Positions 35,969 through 46,948 are shown, counted from the stretch's first letter. The stretch: DNA of 64,000 nucleotides from Myxococcales bacterium (GCA_045863395.1 BTVJ01000022.1:35443-99442); one strand, 5' to 3'. The notes: generated by a model from the sequence alone, not told the origin. Translations and numbers: made by a program.

Positions 35969-36709
35969 CTACTTGCAGACGGCCGGGCTCTCCGCGGCGG
36001 GATTGACGGTGACGGTCAAGACCGGCTGGGCATAGTCGTCGGGGTTCGGGACATGGAGGGTCCAGGAGGGCTCGCCGGGGGTGCAGTTGTGATTGCCGTC
36101 CGTATCGATCTGGACCGTGATGTCCACGCCGCCACCATCCACGTGCACGACGTCGCTCCAGGTGTGGGCGAAGGAAGCCCCGGCGAGCTCGAAGCTCGTG
36201 GACCCCACCTGGGCGCCCATCGGGTCCCACGCCTGTGCCAGCACTCGCTGCCCAACCCACGCGCCAAAGCCCGCGCCCTGCAGCGTGACGTGGTGGTGGA
36301 CGAAGGGGGCCGCCGGGTCGCAGGCGCCCGACTGGAGGGACTGCCACGACCGGTCGTCGCGGTAGGCGTAGCGCTCTTCGGGGCAGCCCGCGGCGAGCTG
36401 GCGCCACGCCCCGGCGCAGGTGCAGGCAGTGAACGGGGCGGCGGCGCTGCAGGGAATCTCGTCGGTGCAAGCCCACACCGCGTCACAGCCGGCCGCGCCG
36501 CTGCACCACCAGCCGGCGGGGCAGTCCGCGTTGGTCTTGCACCCGCCGGCGGGATCCGCGGTGGCGTCACCGGCATCGACGGGCGCGCCGTCCTGCCCCC
36601 CGACGCCTTCGTCACCACCACCATCGCCACCGGCATTGCCACCCACCGCCGCGTCACCGCACGCCAGGAGGAGGCACGCGAGGAGGGGAGCAGCCTTCAT
36701 CGATCGCAT
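35969..36709 (-). CDS. Hypothetical lipoprotein
   Basis: GGGAGG RBS before ATG 36709; lipobox LLAC; small Cys-rich domain then beta-rich C-terminus. Confidence 0.75.
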   Translation of the reverse strand: MRSMKAAPLLACLLLACGDAAVGGNAGGDGGGDEGVGGQDGAPVDAGDATADPAGGCKTNADCPAGWWCSGAAGCDAVWACTDEIPCSAAAPFTACTCAGAWRQLAAGCPEERYAYRDDRSWQSLQSGACDPAAPFVHHHVTLQGAGFGAWVGQRVLAQAWDPMGAQVGSTSFELAGASFAHTWSDVVHVDGGGVDITVQIDTDGNHNCTPGEPSWTLHVPNPDDYAQPVLTVTVNPAAESPAVCK

Positions 36710-36907
36710 TCGGCCTCCCTTCAGGACCAACCGCGCTTGCTGTCGTCGAGGAGCGCCCAGTATAGCAGCGGCTCTGGTGGATGACCAACGGGGCGCGCGC
36801 CAGCGCCAGCCGTCGTGGAGGCACCGCGCCCTCCCGGGGGGGCGCTGCCACGGCCCTCGCCCACGCTGGGGGTTGCAGGCCCGGTGCGGAGACGACACAC
36901 TGCCGGA

Positions 36908-39900
36908 ATGGACAAGAACTGGGTCCTGGGGGTCATGGCGGCGGTCGTGGTAGCTTGCGGAGGCTCCAAGTCACCGCAGGACGCTGGATCCGACCAAGTG
37001 AGCGCCGCACGGCAGGCCGCCGCGACGCTGATCGTGCCCCCGGACGAGGCGGTCGGCGAAGGGCACGTCCTCTACCGCTACCCAGACAGCCTCCCCGCAG
37101 GCACCGTCGTGCGGGACAGCGCTGGCGACGACGTCCTGGTCAACGCTCCCTCGACGCTGTTCTGGCTCGACCCCACCCCCGAGGTGCGCTTCATCAAGCG
37201 GTCGTGGCTCCTGCTCGTGGACGACGCCGGCGCCGTCACCCAGGTGGAGCTGCGAGGCTGGCCGGTGGTCGAGGGCGGCGCCTGGGGCACCGACACGCTG
37301 GTCATCCCGGCCGGCGACGTCGTCGACGACCCCGCGGGCATGACCACCCGCACCTACGGCTCCGAGACAGGGGCGCTCGCGGTCCTCCGCGCACCGCTCG
37401 GAGACGGCTGCACCCGCCGCCTGCTCATCGTGCGGGGCCCGCCGGGGGCCAACGCCAAGGAGATCGAGGCAGAGGCGCAGGGAGTCCGCGCCATGGCCTC
37501 GAACCCCAAGATGGGCATCGGCGCGGTCAAGGAGATCGACGTGGCGGCCCTCCAGGCGTCCGGCGAGGGCAACGCGTCGGTCAACGTCGCGCTGATGGAG
37601 CTCATCGGCCTCTGGCTCGCCAGCGCGAAGTGCTGCGACGAGGTGATCCTCTGGTATCTGGGTCACGGCGCCCCGGACGACGGCGACACCCCAGGCGGCT
37701 GGATCATCGACGCCGACGGGACCTGGGGCCCGGCGCAGAACGTCATCACGGGCGCTCAGATCGGGGAGGCGATCAAAGGCGCAATCGAGGACGGCAACGG
37801 GGGCAAGTTCCTGGTGGTCAACAACTCCTGCTACGCCGAGGCCTTCACCAACGGCCTGATGGGCGTCGTGGCGGCCCCGGGCGGGATCCCCACCGGGTCC
37901 GTGACGGTCACCCACAGCTCCGGAGCGAAGGAGCCGACCATCGACGGCCGGGCCGGCGCGGCCATCGGCGGGGCGCTGACCGGCGCCGCCAACGGATCAC
38001 TGGAGAACGTCGCCACCTTCGAGGAGCTGAGCGGCGCGGCGGCGACCACGGCCAACGGCTTCACGACGCGCATGTGGAGCTGGAGCGAACTCGGCTTCAT
38101 CAACAACAAGGCGGGAGCACGGACGCACACCGTGGCGGGGGACCCCTGCGACCGCTGCGGCAATGGCGTGGTCGATGCGGGAGAGGACTGCGACGGCCCC
38201 GGCTCGTGCAGCGACGGAGACCCGTGCACCACGGGCGACACCTGCACCGCGCAGTGCAAGTGCGTGGGGAAGCCCCTCCCCTGCGACGCCCCCCCACCCT
38301 GCCACACCACCGCTGGGGCCACGTGCGTGGGCGGCAACTGCACGTACCCACCGGGAGGCCCGGTCGCCTGCGACGACGGCGACCCGTGCACCACCGACGA
38401 CACGTGCGACCCACAGCACGCCTGCAAGGGAACGCCCGTGAGCTGCGACGACTCCAACCCGTGCACCGCGGACTGGTGCATCGACGGCGCCTGCAAGCAC
38501 GCGCCGTCGAACGAAGGCGAGCCATGCGACGACGGCGTGGTCTGCACGAGCGCGTCGGCCTGCAAGGACGGGGCGTGCGCCCCGACCCAGCTCGAGCACC
38601 TGGCGTGCGCGGTGACCCTGAGCGGCGCCGAGGCAGCCTGCACCTCGGCCGCCTGCACGGCGTCCGGCTGTCACTACACCGCGGACGAGGACACCTGCGA
38701 GATGGCCGGCCAGCCCGGAGAGTGCCAGCCGAGCGCCCCCCCGAAGTACGGCACGGGGACCGTCAAGGTCTGCGTCCCGTTGAGCGCCCCCCAGTGCACC
38801 GAGGACAGCGACTGCGCCGCGCTCTCGCAGGCCCTCTTCGGGCTCGCGAGCGGCGCCGACGGCACGCCCCACCCGGCGTGCAGGTCCGTGGTGTGCGCGA
38901 GCTTCACGTGCGTCACCAAGGACGCGCCGAGCGGCACCCCCTGCGAGGTGGGCGAGTGCATGAGCTACGCCTGCAACGGCAGCGGCGCCTGCGAGCCAGT
39001 CAAGGCGAAGTCTCCGCTGCCCGAGGGCTGCGGCTGCGACCCGGCGAGCCCAGGGCCGTGCGCCGCGATGACGGCCGCCTACGCGGGCAACCCCTGCGCC
39101 AAGGTCATCTGCCAGCCCCAGGCGTCCGTGCCCGCCGGCGGCGTCTGCCAGGCGGTGGCCACCTACGGCGAGTGCGACCCAGGCGCCGGCACCTGCTGGA
39201 AGGGCGCCTGCACCAAGTACTTCGCGTGCCTGCCACGCAAGGCGGTGCCGGCGGACCTCCAGAAGGACCCGGCCGCGTGTGACGACGGCGAGCCCTGCAC
39301 CACCGACGGCTGCACGGGCCCCGGGGACCCTTCCGCCGACGCGGCCGGCTGCACCCACACCTGCGACCTCGGCGCCACATGCCCGGAGGACCCGTCCGCG
39401 ACCTGCACGGACGCGGGCGGGGTCTGTGGCTGCCCCGGCGCGTGCCCGGGCACGCCTGGGTGCGCGCAGCCCATCACGGCGGAGTGGTCGCCGGCGACGC
39501 TCCAGGTGGTGCAGCAGGAGGGGGTGCTCCTCGTCACACCGCTCATCCAGCAGCAGCCGCTCACCCTGCAGGGGGCCCCGCCGCTGGCCCAGGCGACCTT
39601 CGACTTCACGGGCGCGGCCAACGACGGCAAGGTGGTGGTCCAGCTCCTCGGCCCCGCGCAGGAGGCGACGGTGCTCGCGATGAACGCGCCGCCCGGGCAG
39701 CCGCGGGTGGTCCGTGTCACCGGCGGGTGCATCCTGGCGGCCGCCGTGCGCATCCACGAGGACCTGCTCAAGCCGGGCACGTTCATCTCCAACATCGGGC
39801 CCCAAGCCCAGATGGTGATAGGCGCCCTGGACGCCCAGGGCACGCTCCTCCCGGGCGCCGCCTCCTACGCCGCGGTCCCGCCCGACGGCCTCCTCCCCTG

Positions 39901-40012
39901 GTCCCTCGGCGGCGAGGCGTCCTGCCCCCAGATGAGCGCCCTCGCCGTCGGCCTCCAGGGCGGCGGCTTCGCGCTCGTCGAGTCCCTCACCCTCACGTTC
40001 CTGGCGCCCTGA
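36908..40012 (+). CDS. Lipoprotein with putative caspase-hemoglobinase-fold (clan CD) Cys peptidase domain and Cys-rich repeats
   Basis: Lipobox VVAC; WYLGHG (~37652) and VVNNSCYA (~37815) His/Cys dyad motifs; CDDGDPCT repeats. Confidence 0.75.
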   Translation: MDKNWVLGVMAAVVVACGGSKSPQDAGSDQVSAARQAAATLIVPPDEAVGEGHVLYRYPDSLPAGTVVRDSAGDDVLVNAPSTLFWLDPTPEVRFIKRSWLLLVDDAGAVTQVELRGWPVVEGGAWGTDTLVIPAGDVVDDPAGMTTRTYGSETGALAVLRAPLGDGCTRRLLIVRGPPGANAKEIEAEAQGVRAMASNPKMGIGAVKEIDVAALQASGEGNASVNVALMELIGLWLASAKCCDEVILWYLGHGAPDDGDTPGGWIIDADGTWGPAQNVITGAQIGEAIKGAIEDGNGGKFLVVNNSCYAEAFTNGLMGVVAAPGGIPTGSVTVTHSSGAKEPTIDGRAGAAIGGALTGAANGSLENVATFEELSGAAATTANGFTTRMWSWSELGFINNKAGARTHTVAGDPCDRCGNGVVDAGEDCDGPGSCSDGDPCTTGDTCTAQCKCVGKPLPCDAPPPCHTTAGATCVGGNCTYPPGGPVACDDGDPCTTDDTCDPQHACKGTPVSCDDSNPCTADWCIDGACKHAPSNEGEPCDDGVVCTSASACKDGACAPTQLEHLACAVTLSGAEAACTSAACTASGCHYTADEDTCEMAGQPGECQPSAPPKYGTGTVKVCVPLSAPQCTEDSDCAALSQALFGLASGADGTPHPACRSVVCASFTCVTKDAPSGTPCEVGECMSYACNGSGACEPVKAKSPLPEGCGCDPASPGPCAAMTAAYAGNPCAKVICQPQASVPAGGVCQAVATYGECDPGAGTCWKGACTKYFACLPRKAVPADLQKDPAACDDGEPCTTDGCTGPGDPSADAAGCTHTCDLGATCPEDPSATCTDAGGVCGCPGACPGTPGCAQPITAEWSPATLQVVQQEGVLLVTPLIQQQPLTLQGAPPLAQATFDFTGAANDGKVVVQLLGPAQEATVLAMNAPPGQPRVVRVTGGCILAAAVRIHEDLLKPGTFISNIGPQAQMVIGALDAQGTLLPGAASYAAVPPDGLLPWSLGGEASCPQMSALAVGLQGGGFALVESLTLTFLAP
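39876..39977 (+). repeat. Direct repeat, copy 1 (3' end of the 36908-40012 gene)
   Basis: gacggcctcct[c/g]ccctggtccctcggcggcgaggcgtcctgccc[c/g]cagatg recurs at ~43571-43621, and similarity continues to gcggcttcgcgctcg. Confidence 0.9.
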
Positions 40013-40075
40013 GCGCTGTCCCACGATGACGCTCTACCCCTTCCTGGCGAAAGAGGGAGAATCGCCCAGGCATGC

Positions 40076-40495
40076 TCACGCCGACGGGGGGAGCGCTTCG
40101 ACGATGGCGGCGCGCGTCTGGCGCAGCTCCGCGGCGAGGGCGTCGAACCCGCCCGCCTCGACGAGCTCGGCGACGTTCCGGTCGATGAACGCGAGCGCGT
40201 CGGAGCGTGAGACGTAGCGCCGGTCCCAGAACCCCGGCACCGTGGGGTGAGAGGCCGCCGCGAGCCCGCGCTCCCCGTCCCGGTGAACGACGACCCGCAC
40301 GTCGAACCTGTCGCCTGGCTCGAAGGATCCGCCGCCCTCCCACTGCGGCCACGCGAAGCCGATCAGCTCGACCGACATGGCCTGCGGCCCGAACGCGTCG
40401 TACGGCAGCACGAGGACCCGGGGAGCGGGGTCGGTGGAGACGGGGAGCGGATTGGAGCAGCAGACGAGCCCGATGAATGTCGTGAGGCGAAGCAT
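40076..40495 (-). CDS. Small hypothetical exported protein (139 aa)
   Basis: C-terminal part of track ORF 40076..42787 from ATG 40495 (MLRLTTFIGLVCC...); protein-like composition and does not overlap other genes. Confidence 0.65.
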   Translation of the reverse strand: MLRLTTFIGLVCCSNPLPVSTDPAPRVLVLPYDAFGPQAMSVELIGFAWPQWEGGGSFEPGDRFDVRVVVHRDGERGLAAASHPTVPGFWDRRYVSRSDALAFIDRNVAELVEAGGFDALAAELRQTRAAIVEALPPSA

Positions 40496-40642
40496 CCCCG
40501 GATTCTGCCGGCTCGGACGGTCCCAAGTCCACAGCGTGGGGAGAGGCCCGGTGCGGGGTTGACAGACCACCCGGCGATATCCGAATCTTCGCCGAAGTTC
40601 CCCAAACACACGTCGCTCGATGCCCCCGGAGGGTGCCGATCC

Positions 40643-40798
40643 ATGAGGATGCCGCGCAAGAACGCTCCCAGCGCCACCCTCGCCCACATCGGCCTCAACC
40701 GTGTCGCCGTCCGCGACACCTTCGGCGGCAAGGCGCTCGTGTCGGCCAGCCTGCACGCCAGCAAACCCGTGCTCGTGACGAGGGGGCCCCGGCCCTGA
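40643..40798 (+). CDS. Putative 51-aa basic small protein upstream of the subtilase
   Basis: GGAGG RBS; nearly all third codon positions are G/C; stop 21 nt before the subtilase ATG. Confidence 0.45.
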   Translation: MRMPRKNAPSATLAHIGLNRVAVRDTFGGKALVSASLHASKPVLVTRGPRP

Positions 40799-40819
40799 CA
40801 GCAACTTCAAGGAGTACAC

Positions 40820-43519
40820 ATGAGGATCCTCAGATGGAGTGCCGTGTGCGTGGTCTCGCTGGCGCTCGCGGCGTGTGGCGATAGCGACGGGACGGAGGGG
40901 GGCGCCGGCGACACCGCCGGTGCCGACGGTTCCGCCGAGCAGGACTCGGGCGGCGGGGACCCGGGGGGAGACGACGGCGGCTCCGGGGACACCGGATCCA
41001 GCGACGCAGGCCCCAGCGATGCAGGCCCCAGCGACGCAGGCCCCAGCGATGCAGGCCCCGAGGATGCCGGCACGCCGGACGGCGGTCCCGGTGACGCGGG
41101 CGGTGACCCCGATCCCTTCGGCGACGTCGTGACGGAGCTGCCCCTGTCCATCGCGGTGGACGAGACCATCGAGCCACAGGTCGAGACCTGGCCAGCGCTC
41201 ACCGAGGACGGCGAGCCGCGGCCCGTGGCCGGCATCGTCGGGCACGGCGGGCGGGTATCGAGCTTCGTCGCCGACGAGCTGATCCTGCTCTACACCGACC
41301 CTGCGGAGCGCGACGCCTTCGTGGCGAAGTGGTCCGGCGAGATCCTCCTGGAGTTGGACCCAGCCGCCAAGGGGCTGCCCGACGTCCCGAACATGGCGCT
41401 GGTGCGCGTGGACGCCTCGGCGGCCGACATCGACGACTTCATCCCCGCCGTCCGGGAGCTGGAGCCGTCGGCGTCCGGCGCCTACGCCGTGTCGAGCGAG
41501 CCCGCCCTCCGGCTGCTGACCGCCGCCGTGACGGAGAACGCGGCCGGCGCCATCGTCGGGGTCAACTGGATTGGGGAGTCCACGGCCATCCTGAACCGCG
41601 ACGTCGAGGAGTCGGCGACCAGCATGTCCATCGGGAGCTACAGCCCGAACCCGTTCAACTGGAACTACATGCGCGCCGGGAGCACGCAGAACATCGGCGT
41701 CACGGAGGCCTGGCGCGCCTTGATCCTCGAGGAGAAGCTCGGCAACCGGGTCAAGCTGGCCGTCCTCGATGGCGGCTTCGCGCCGGACGCCGACTTCCCG
41801 CCAGACTACCAGGCCGACTCGGTCATCGCGTGGAAGTCCCCGACCAACTCGACGAACCCGACCTGGTGCAGCGGCGGCGCGACGTGCGACTACCACGGCA
41901 CGAGCGTGATGCACACGGCGGCCGCCCAGGTGGACAACGGCTTCGGGACGGCGGGCACCGGCGGCCCGGTCGTGGACGGCATCTCGGTCGTCACCATCCC
42001 CGACTCGATCACCTCCACGGCGGCGCTGATCGAGGCCCGCGACCGGGGCGCGCAGATCATCAACATGAGCTTCTCGATGACCGTGCCGAGCATCCTCGGC
42101 GGCACCATCGCGCCGCAAGAGATCACGACCAAGGCGCTGGCCAAGGCGGGCATCATGATCTTCGCCGCGGCGGGGAATGACGGCGAGAGCGTCGACTCGG
42201 AGGAGTGCTTCTCCGTCTGCGTGCCCTTCACGTCGTACTGCTGGAAGGAGTGCTTCGAGACGTACTGGCACGCGCCCTGCGAGAACGAAGGCGTGGTCTG
42301 CATCGGCGGGCTCGCCTCGAACCAGAAGACCCGCGCGACCAACTCCAACTTCGGCCTGGAGCACGTCCGCCTGTTCGCCCCCTACACGGTCTTCGTCGGC
42401 GCCGTCCCGGACAACAGCGACCCCATCCGGGCCATCAACGGCACGAGCTTCTCTTCGCCCTTCGTGGCTGGCGTCGCCGCTCTCGTCAAGGCGGCCGACC
42501 CGGATCTGACGGCGAAGCAGGTCATCGACATCCTGGTCGAGACGGCCCACGGCAGCCCCGACCCGGTCGTGCCGGGCTACGTGAACGCGCTGGGGGCCGT
42601 GCAGGCGGCGCTGGGCAACGTCCGGCCGACGATCCGCATCCTGGCTCCCGCCGACGGCACCACCTATGGGGCGATGGGCCCCGAGGGCATCACGCTCGTC
42701 GCCACCAGCGAGGACTACGAGGACGGCATCGACGCGGTCAGTGTGGAGTGGGAGGCGATCCCGGGTGGCTCCCTGGGCGCGGGTCACGTGCGCAACGTGC
42801 TCTTCACGACCCCCGGGTTTCGGACCGTCAACGCCATCGCCACGGACAGCGGCGGCAAGAAGTCGGTGGCCTCGATCCAGATCGAGGTCATGAACGAGCC
42901 GCCCTCCCTGGCGATCAGCGGACCGTTCTGGCCCGAGACCGTCACGGTGGGCGTGCCGTTCTCAGTCGCCGCCAACACCTGGGATCCCGAGTCGTTCTCG
43001 GAGCTCCCGTGTGGCAGCGTGTCCTGGGAGTTTCAGAAGGCCAACGCGCCCGTCTGGGACAGCCTCGGCACCGGCTGCTCGAAGTCCCTGACCCTCCCGA
43101 CCCCCGAGTCCTACAGCGTGAGAGTGACGGCGACCGATGGCGCGGGCGCGAAGGCCGTGAAGGTTGGTCAGATGAAGGCGAACCCGCTGCCCGCCAGCGG
43201 ACCGCCGTTCGTGGCGATCATCGCGCCCACCGGGGGGATCAGCGTCGAGCCGCTGAAGGTGCTCACCCTCGTCGGCACGGCCGTGGACCCGGATGACCCG
43301 CAGGGGCTGGCGCCGCTCACCTTCGAGTGGACGGGGAAGCAGACCGGCGGCTCGACCTTCCCCATCGGCAGCCTGCCCATCGTCCAGTGGACGCCCGTGA
43401 ACGACGTCTCGTCCTCGTGCGGCCCCAAGAGCGTGGAGCTGACCCTGACCGTCACCGATGCCGGGGGAGAGATCACCACGAAGAAGGTGTCCGTCTCCGT
43501 GTTCTATCCCCCCTGCTGA
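40820..43519 (+). CDS. Subtilisin-like S8 serine peptidase lipoprotein with C-terminal PKD/Ig-like domains
   Basis: AAGGAG RBS; lipobox LAAC; catalytic motifs AVLDGG, YHGT, AAAGN and GTSFSSP. Confidence 0.92.
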   Translation: MRILRWSAVCVVSLALAACGDSDGTEGGAGDTAGADGSAEQDSGGGDPGGDDGGSGDTGSSDAGPSDAGPSDAGPSDAGPEDAGTPDGGPGDAGGDPDPFGDVVTELPLSIAVDETIEPQVETWPALTEDGEPRPVAGIVGHGGRVSSFVADELILLYTDPAERDAFVAKWSGEILLELDPAAKGLPDVPNMALVRVDASAADIDDFIPAVRELEPSASGAYAVSSEPALRLLTAAVTENAAGAIVGVNWIGESTAILNRDVEESATSMSIGSYSPNPFNWNYMRAGSTQNIGVTEAWRALILEEKLGNRVKLAVLDGGFAPDADFPPDYQADSVIAWKSPTNSTNPTWCSGGATCDYHGTSVMHTAAAQVDNGFGTAGTGGPVVDGISVVTIPDSITSTAALIEARDRGAQIINMSFSMTVPSILGGTIAPQEITTKALAKAGIMIFAAAGNDGESVDSEECFSVCVPFTSYCWKECFETYWHAPCENEGVVCIGGLASNQKTRATNSNFGLEHVRLFAPYTVFVGAVPDNSDPIRAINGTSFSSPFVAGVAALVKAADPDLTAKQVIDILVETAHGSPDPVVPGYVNALGAVQAALGNVRPTIRILAPADGTTYGAMGPEGITLVATSEDYEDGIDAVSVEWEAIPGGSLGAGHVRNVLFTTPGFRTVNAIATDSGGKKSVASIQIEVMNEPPSLAISGPFWPETVTVGVPFSVAANTWDPESFSELPCGSVSWEFQKANAPVWDSLGTGCSKSLTLPTPESYSVRVTATDGAGAKAVKVGQMKANPLPASGPPFVAIIAPTGGISVEPLKVLTLVGTAVDPDDPQGLAPLTFEWTGKQTGGSTFPIGSLPIVQWTPVNDVSSSCGPKSVELTLTVTDAGGEITTKKVSVSVFYPPC
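40998..41059 (+). repeat. 15-bp tandem repeat x4 encoding (SDAGP)n
   Basis: ccagcga[c/t]gcaggcc repeated in tandem. Confidence 0.9.
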
Positions 43520-43563
43520 GCCCTCGCAGGGAGTCGAAGAGGGTGTGAGACGAGTCGGAATCC

Positions 43564-43661
43564 CCCGCTCGACGGCCTCCTGCCCTGGTCCCTCGGCGGC
43601 GAGGCGTCCTGCCCGCAGATGCCCCCCGCCGTGAAGCTCCGAGGCTGCGGCTTCGCGCTCG
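43564..43661 (+). repeat. Direct repeat, copy 2 (degenerate duplicate of 39876-39977)
   Basis: Near-identical over the first ~55 bp, then diverged. Confidence 0.9.
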
Positions 43662-43669
43662 CGTGGCGG

Positions 43670-43940
43670 CAGGTGGACGCCATCCTCGTGATCCACGCGC
43701 ACTCGGATCATACGGAGACCCTCCCCATCGTTCACCACGCGTTCCCGAGCGCGCCGATCCACCTCACCCCACCGACGGCGGTCCTGGTGGCCATCCTGCA
43801 GCGGGGTGCGCTCCGCCTGATGGACTCGCCGGATCGCAAGGAGGAGCTGCCGCTCGACACCGAGCGCCAGGTGGAGGCGATGCGCGAGGCGCTCGTGCCG
43901 GTCCCCCACGGCGAGTCGGTGACCATCGGCGACTTGGATG
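43670..43940 (+). pseudogene. Fragment of an MBL-fold (beta-CASP-type) metallo-hydrolase
   Basis: VDAILVIHAHSDHT..LP...APIHLTPPT matches the HxHxDH motif region. The N-terminal motif and all downstream motifs are missing. Confidence 0.6.
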
Positions 43941-44084
43941 CCCCGTCGAAGAGGAAGGTCAACACCAAGCCGCCGACCTCCTCCTCCTGCTCATGGAGCG
44001 CCGGATCGATGAAGCGCCCGCCAGTCCAGCGCCCGGACCGATTCGTGGCTGACCCGGCACCCTGGGTCAGGGTATGCTACCCCC

Positions 44085-44324
44085 ATGGGTGAGCGGGCAC
44101 AGACCCTGCGCGAGCAGCTCCAGCGCGTAGGCGCAGCCAAGGATGCCACGCGCGTGAGGGACGATTCCGCCTGGCTCTCGCTGAGCCTGGAGGAGCGCCT
44201 GCTCGGAGCGGTTCGGCACAGCGACTCCCTGCTGCGCCTGTGTGCGCCGCAGGCGGACTCTCCAGACGCGGAGCACGAGGTGTGGGAGCACGTCCGCCGC
44301 CACCTGGAAGCGCACCGCGACTGA
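44085..44324 (+). CDS. Small hypothetical protein (putative antitoxin-like partner)
   Basis: 79-aa helical-looking ORF (WLSLSLEERL) directly upstream of, and overlapping, a nucleotidyltransferase gene. Confidence 0.6.
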   Translation: MGERAQTLREQLQRVGAAKDATRVRDDSAWLSLSLEERLLGAVRHSDSLLRLCAPQADSPDAEHEVWEHVRRHLEAHRD

Positions 44325-44853
44325 CGACATCGAGCGGCTGGTCGAGGCAGCCCGCGCCCTTGCGGAGCGAACGGGGCATGCCGTCGTGATCATCGGCGGC
44401 GTGGCGCGCAGCGTGTGGGCCTCGCCGCGAGCGACCCAGGACCTGGACGTGATCTACAGCGGACCGCTCCCTGAAGCAGTGGCGGCGGCACCTCACATCG
44501 GGCACGTCGCCCTCCCCAACGAGGTGGCCGCGCTGGCGGACGCGCTCATGACCCGGCTCCGGCTCCCGCAGAGGCTCACGGGGCCCGTACGCATGGACGT
44601 GATCGCGGCCAGCCACCCCTACTACGACCGGCTCATCGCACGGAGCAGGCGGCTGGGACAGGGCGGGCTGCGCGTCGCAGCGCCAGAGGACATCATCCTC
44701 CTCAAGCTCATCGCCGACCGGCCCCAGGACCGGGCGGACGTGCGCGCCATCATCGCTGCCCAGGGTGGGCTCCTCGACCGCGCGCTCCTTGCGGAGGAGG
44801 CCGCGACGCAGGAGCTGGTCCTGCCGGACGACCTGGAAACCCCGACGATCTGA
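44242..44853 (+). CDS. Pol-beta-superfamily nucleotidyltransferase (AbiEii/DUF6036-like)
   Basis: IIGGVA...PRATQDLDV and PEDIILLKLIADRPQDRADV motifs. True start is unclear, probably nearer 44300-44340. Confidence 0.75.
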   Translation: MRRRRTLQTRSTRCGSTSAATWKRTATDDIERLVEAARALAERTGHAVVIIGGVARSVWASPRATQDLDVIYSGPLPEAVAAAPHIGHVALPNEVAALADALMTRLRLPQRLTGPVRMDVIAASHPYYDRLIARSRRLGQGGLRVAAPEDIILLKLIADRPQDRADVRAIIAAQGGLLDRALLAEEAATQELVLPDDLETPTI

Positions 44854-44935
44854 CCGCCAATCAACGAACATATCGCCATCCGCCGCCGTAGGCGACGGCC
44901 GCCAGATATCACAAGACACATCGAATCAAAGCGGG

Positions 44936-45011
44936 TTGACGCGCAAGTAACGAACGTGATACCGAGCACACGGTTCGCCTTGTGACGAACTTGGTTCGAC
45001 TCGCGACGAGA
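44936..45011 (+). promoter_or_regulatory. Putative ars promoter/ArsR operator
   Basis: TTGACG at 44936; inverted repeat GTTCG-N8-CGAAC at 44973-44990, followed by a degenerate copy at 44994-45011, upstream of acr3. Confidence 0.5.
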
Positions 45012-45067
45012 GGGCTGCGCGCTCCTGGCAAGGTCCGCAGGCACGCGCGCCCCGCACGGAGGTTGCG

Positions 45068-46204
<1,137 letters not shown>

Positions 46205-46205
46205 G

Positions 46206-46619
46206 ATGTCACGTGACGCGGTCCTGTTCCTCTGCGTGGCGAACTCGTCGCGCAGCCAGATGGCGGAGGGGCTCCTGCGGGTGCTCGCCCCCGAGATCCC
46301 GGTCTACAGCGCCGGCTCCGCTCCTGCGGTCCTGAACCCCTACGCCGTCCGCGCGATGGAGGAGGCGGGCATCGACATCGGCTCGCACACCTCCAAGGGC
46401 TTCGACGACGTCCCGAGAGATCACGTCGGGACGGTGATCACCCTCTGCGCCGAGGAGGTCTGCCCGTACTTCCCCGGCGACGTGGAGCGCCTCCACTGGC
46501 CCTTCGAGGACCCGGCGGCGGCCATGGGGGACGATGGGGCGATCCTGGAGGCCTTCATCCGGGTACGCGACCAGATCCGCGTCCGGTTGATGGCGTGGCT
46601 CGCGGAGCGCTCGCTGTGA
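46206..46619 (+). CDS. arsC: Arsenate reductase, LMW-PTPase / thioredoxin type
   Basis: [17 protein letters not shown]-loop; TLCAEEVCP Cys pair; HWPFEDP. Confidence 0.93.
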   Translation: MSRDAVLFLCVANSSRSQMAEGLLRVLAPEIPVYSAGSAPAVLNPYAVRAMEEAGIDIGSHTSKGFDDVPRDHVGTVITLCAEEVCPYFPGDVERLHWPFEDPAAAMGDDGAILEAFIRVRDQIRVRLMAWLAERSL

Positions 46620-46948
46620 GCGACGACGCCAAGGGCTGTACGGCCCCCCTGCCGCCCGACGAGCGCCCTCTGTTCGGCGCGCAGGCGGACGAGGACCTGG
46701 CGACCCTCGCCAAGGCCCTCGGGCACCCCGTGCGCGTGCAGATCGTCCGCATGTTGGCGAGCCGCACCACCTGCATGTACGGGGACATCGCCGACAGCCT
46801 CCCGCTCGCTCAGTCCACCGTCTCGCAGCACTTGAAGATCCTGAAGGAGGCGGGCCTCGTGCAGGGCACCATCGACGGCCCCCGCGTCTGCTACTGCATC
46901 GCCCCTGTCGCCATGCGACGGCTGCGCATGCTGATCGCGGCGCTGTGA
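46616..46948 (+). CDS. arsR: ArsR/SmtB family repressor
   Basis: [11 protein letters not shown]...[22 protein letters not shown] start overlaps the arsC stop (GTGA). Confidence 0.9.
   Translation: MSDDAKGCTAPLPPDERPLFGAQADEDLATLAKALGHPVRVQIVRMLASRTTCMYGDIADSLPLAQSTVSQHLKILKEAGLVQGTIDGPRVCYCIAPVAMRRLRMLIAAL

Noticed and set aside
40496..42787. N-terminal ~760 aa of track ORF 40076..42787 (-)
   Set aside because: Mirror of the subtilase; only the part from ATG 40495 looks like a real gene.
43619..44092. Track ORF 43619..44092 as an intact 157-aa gene
   Set aside because: Chimera of the duplicated repeat, an MBL fragment and a motif-less tail; treated as a pseudogene.
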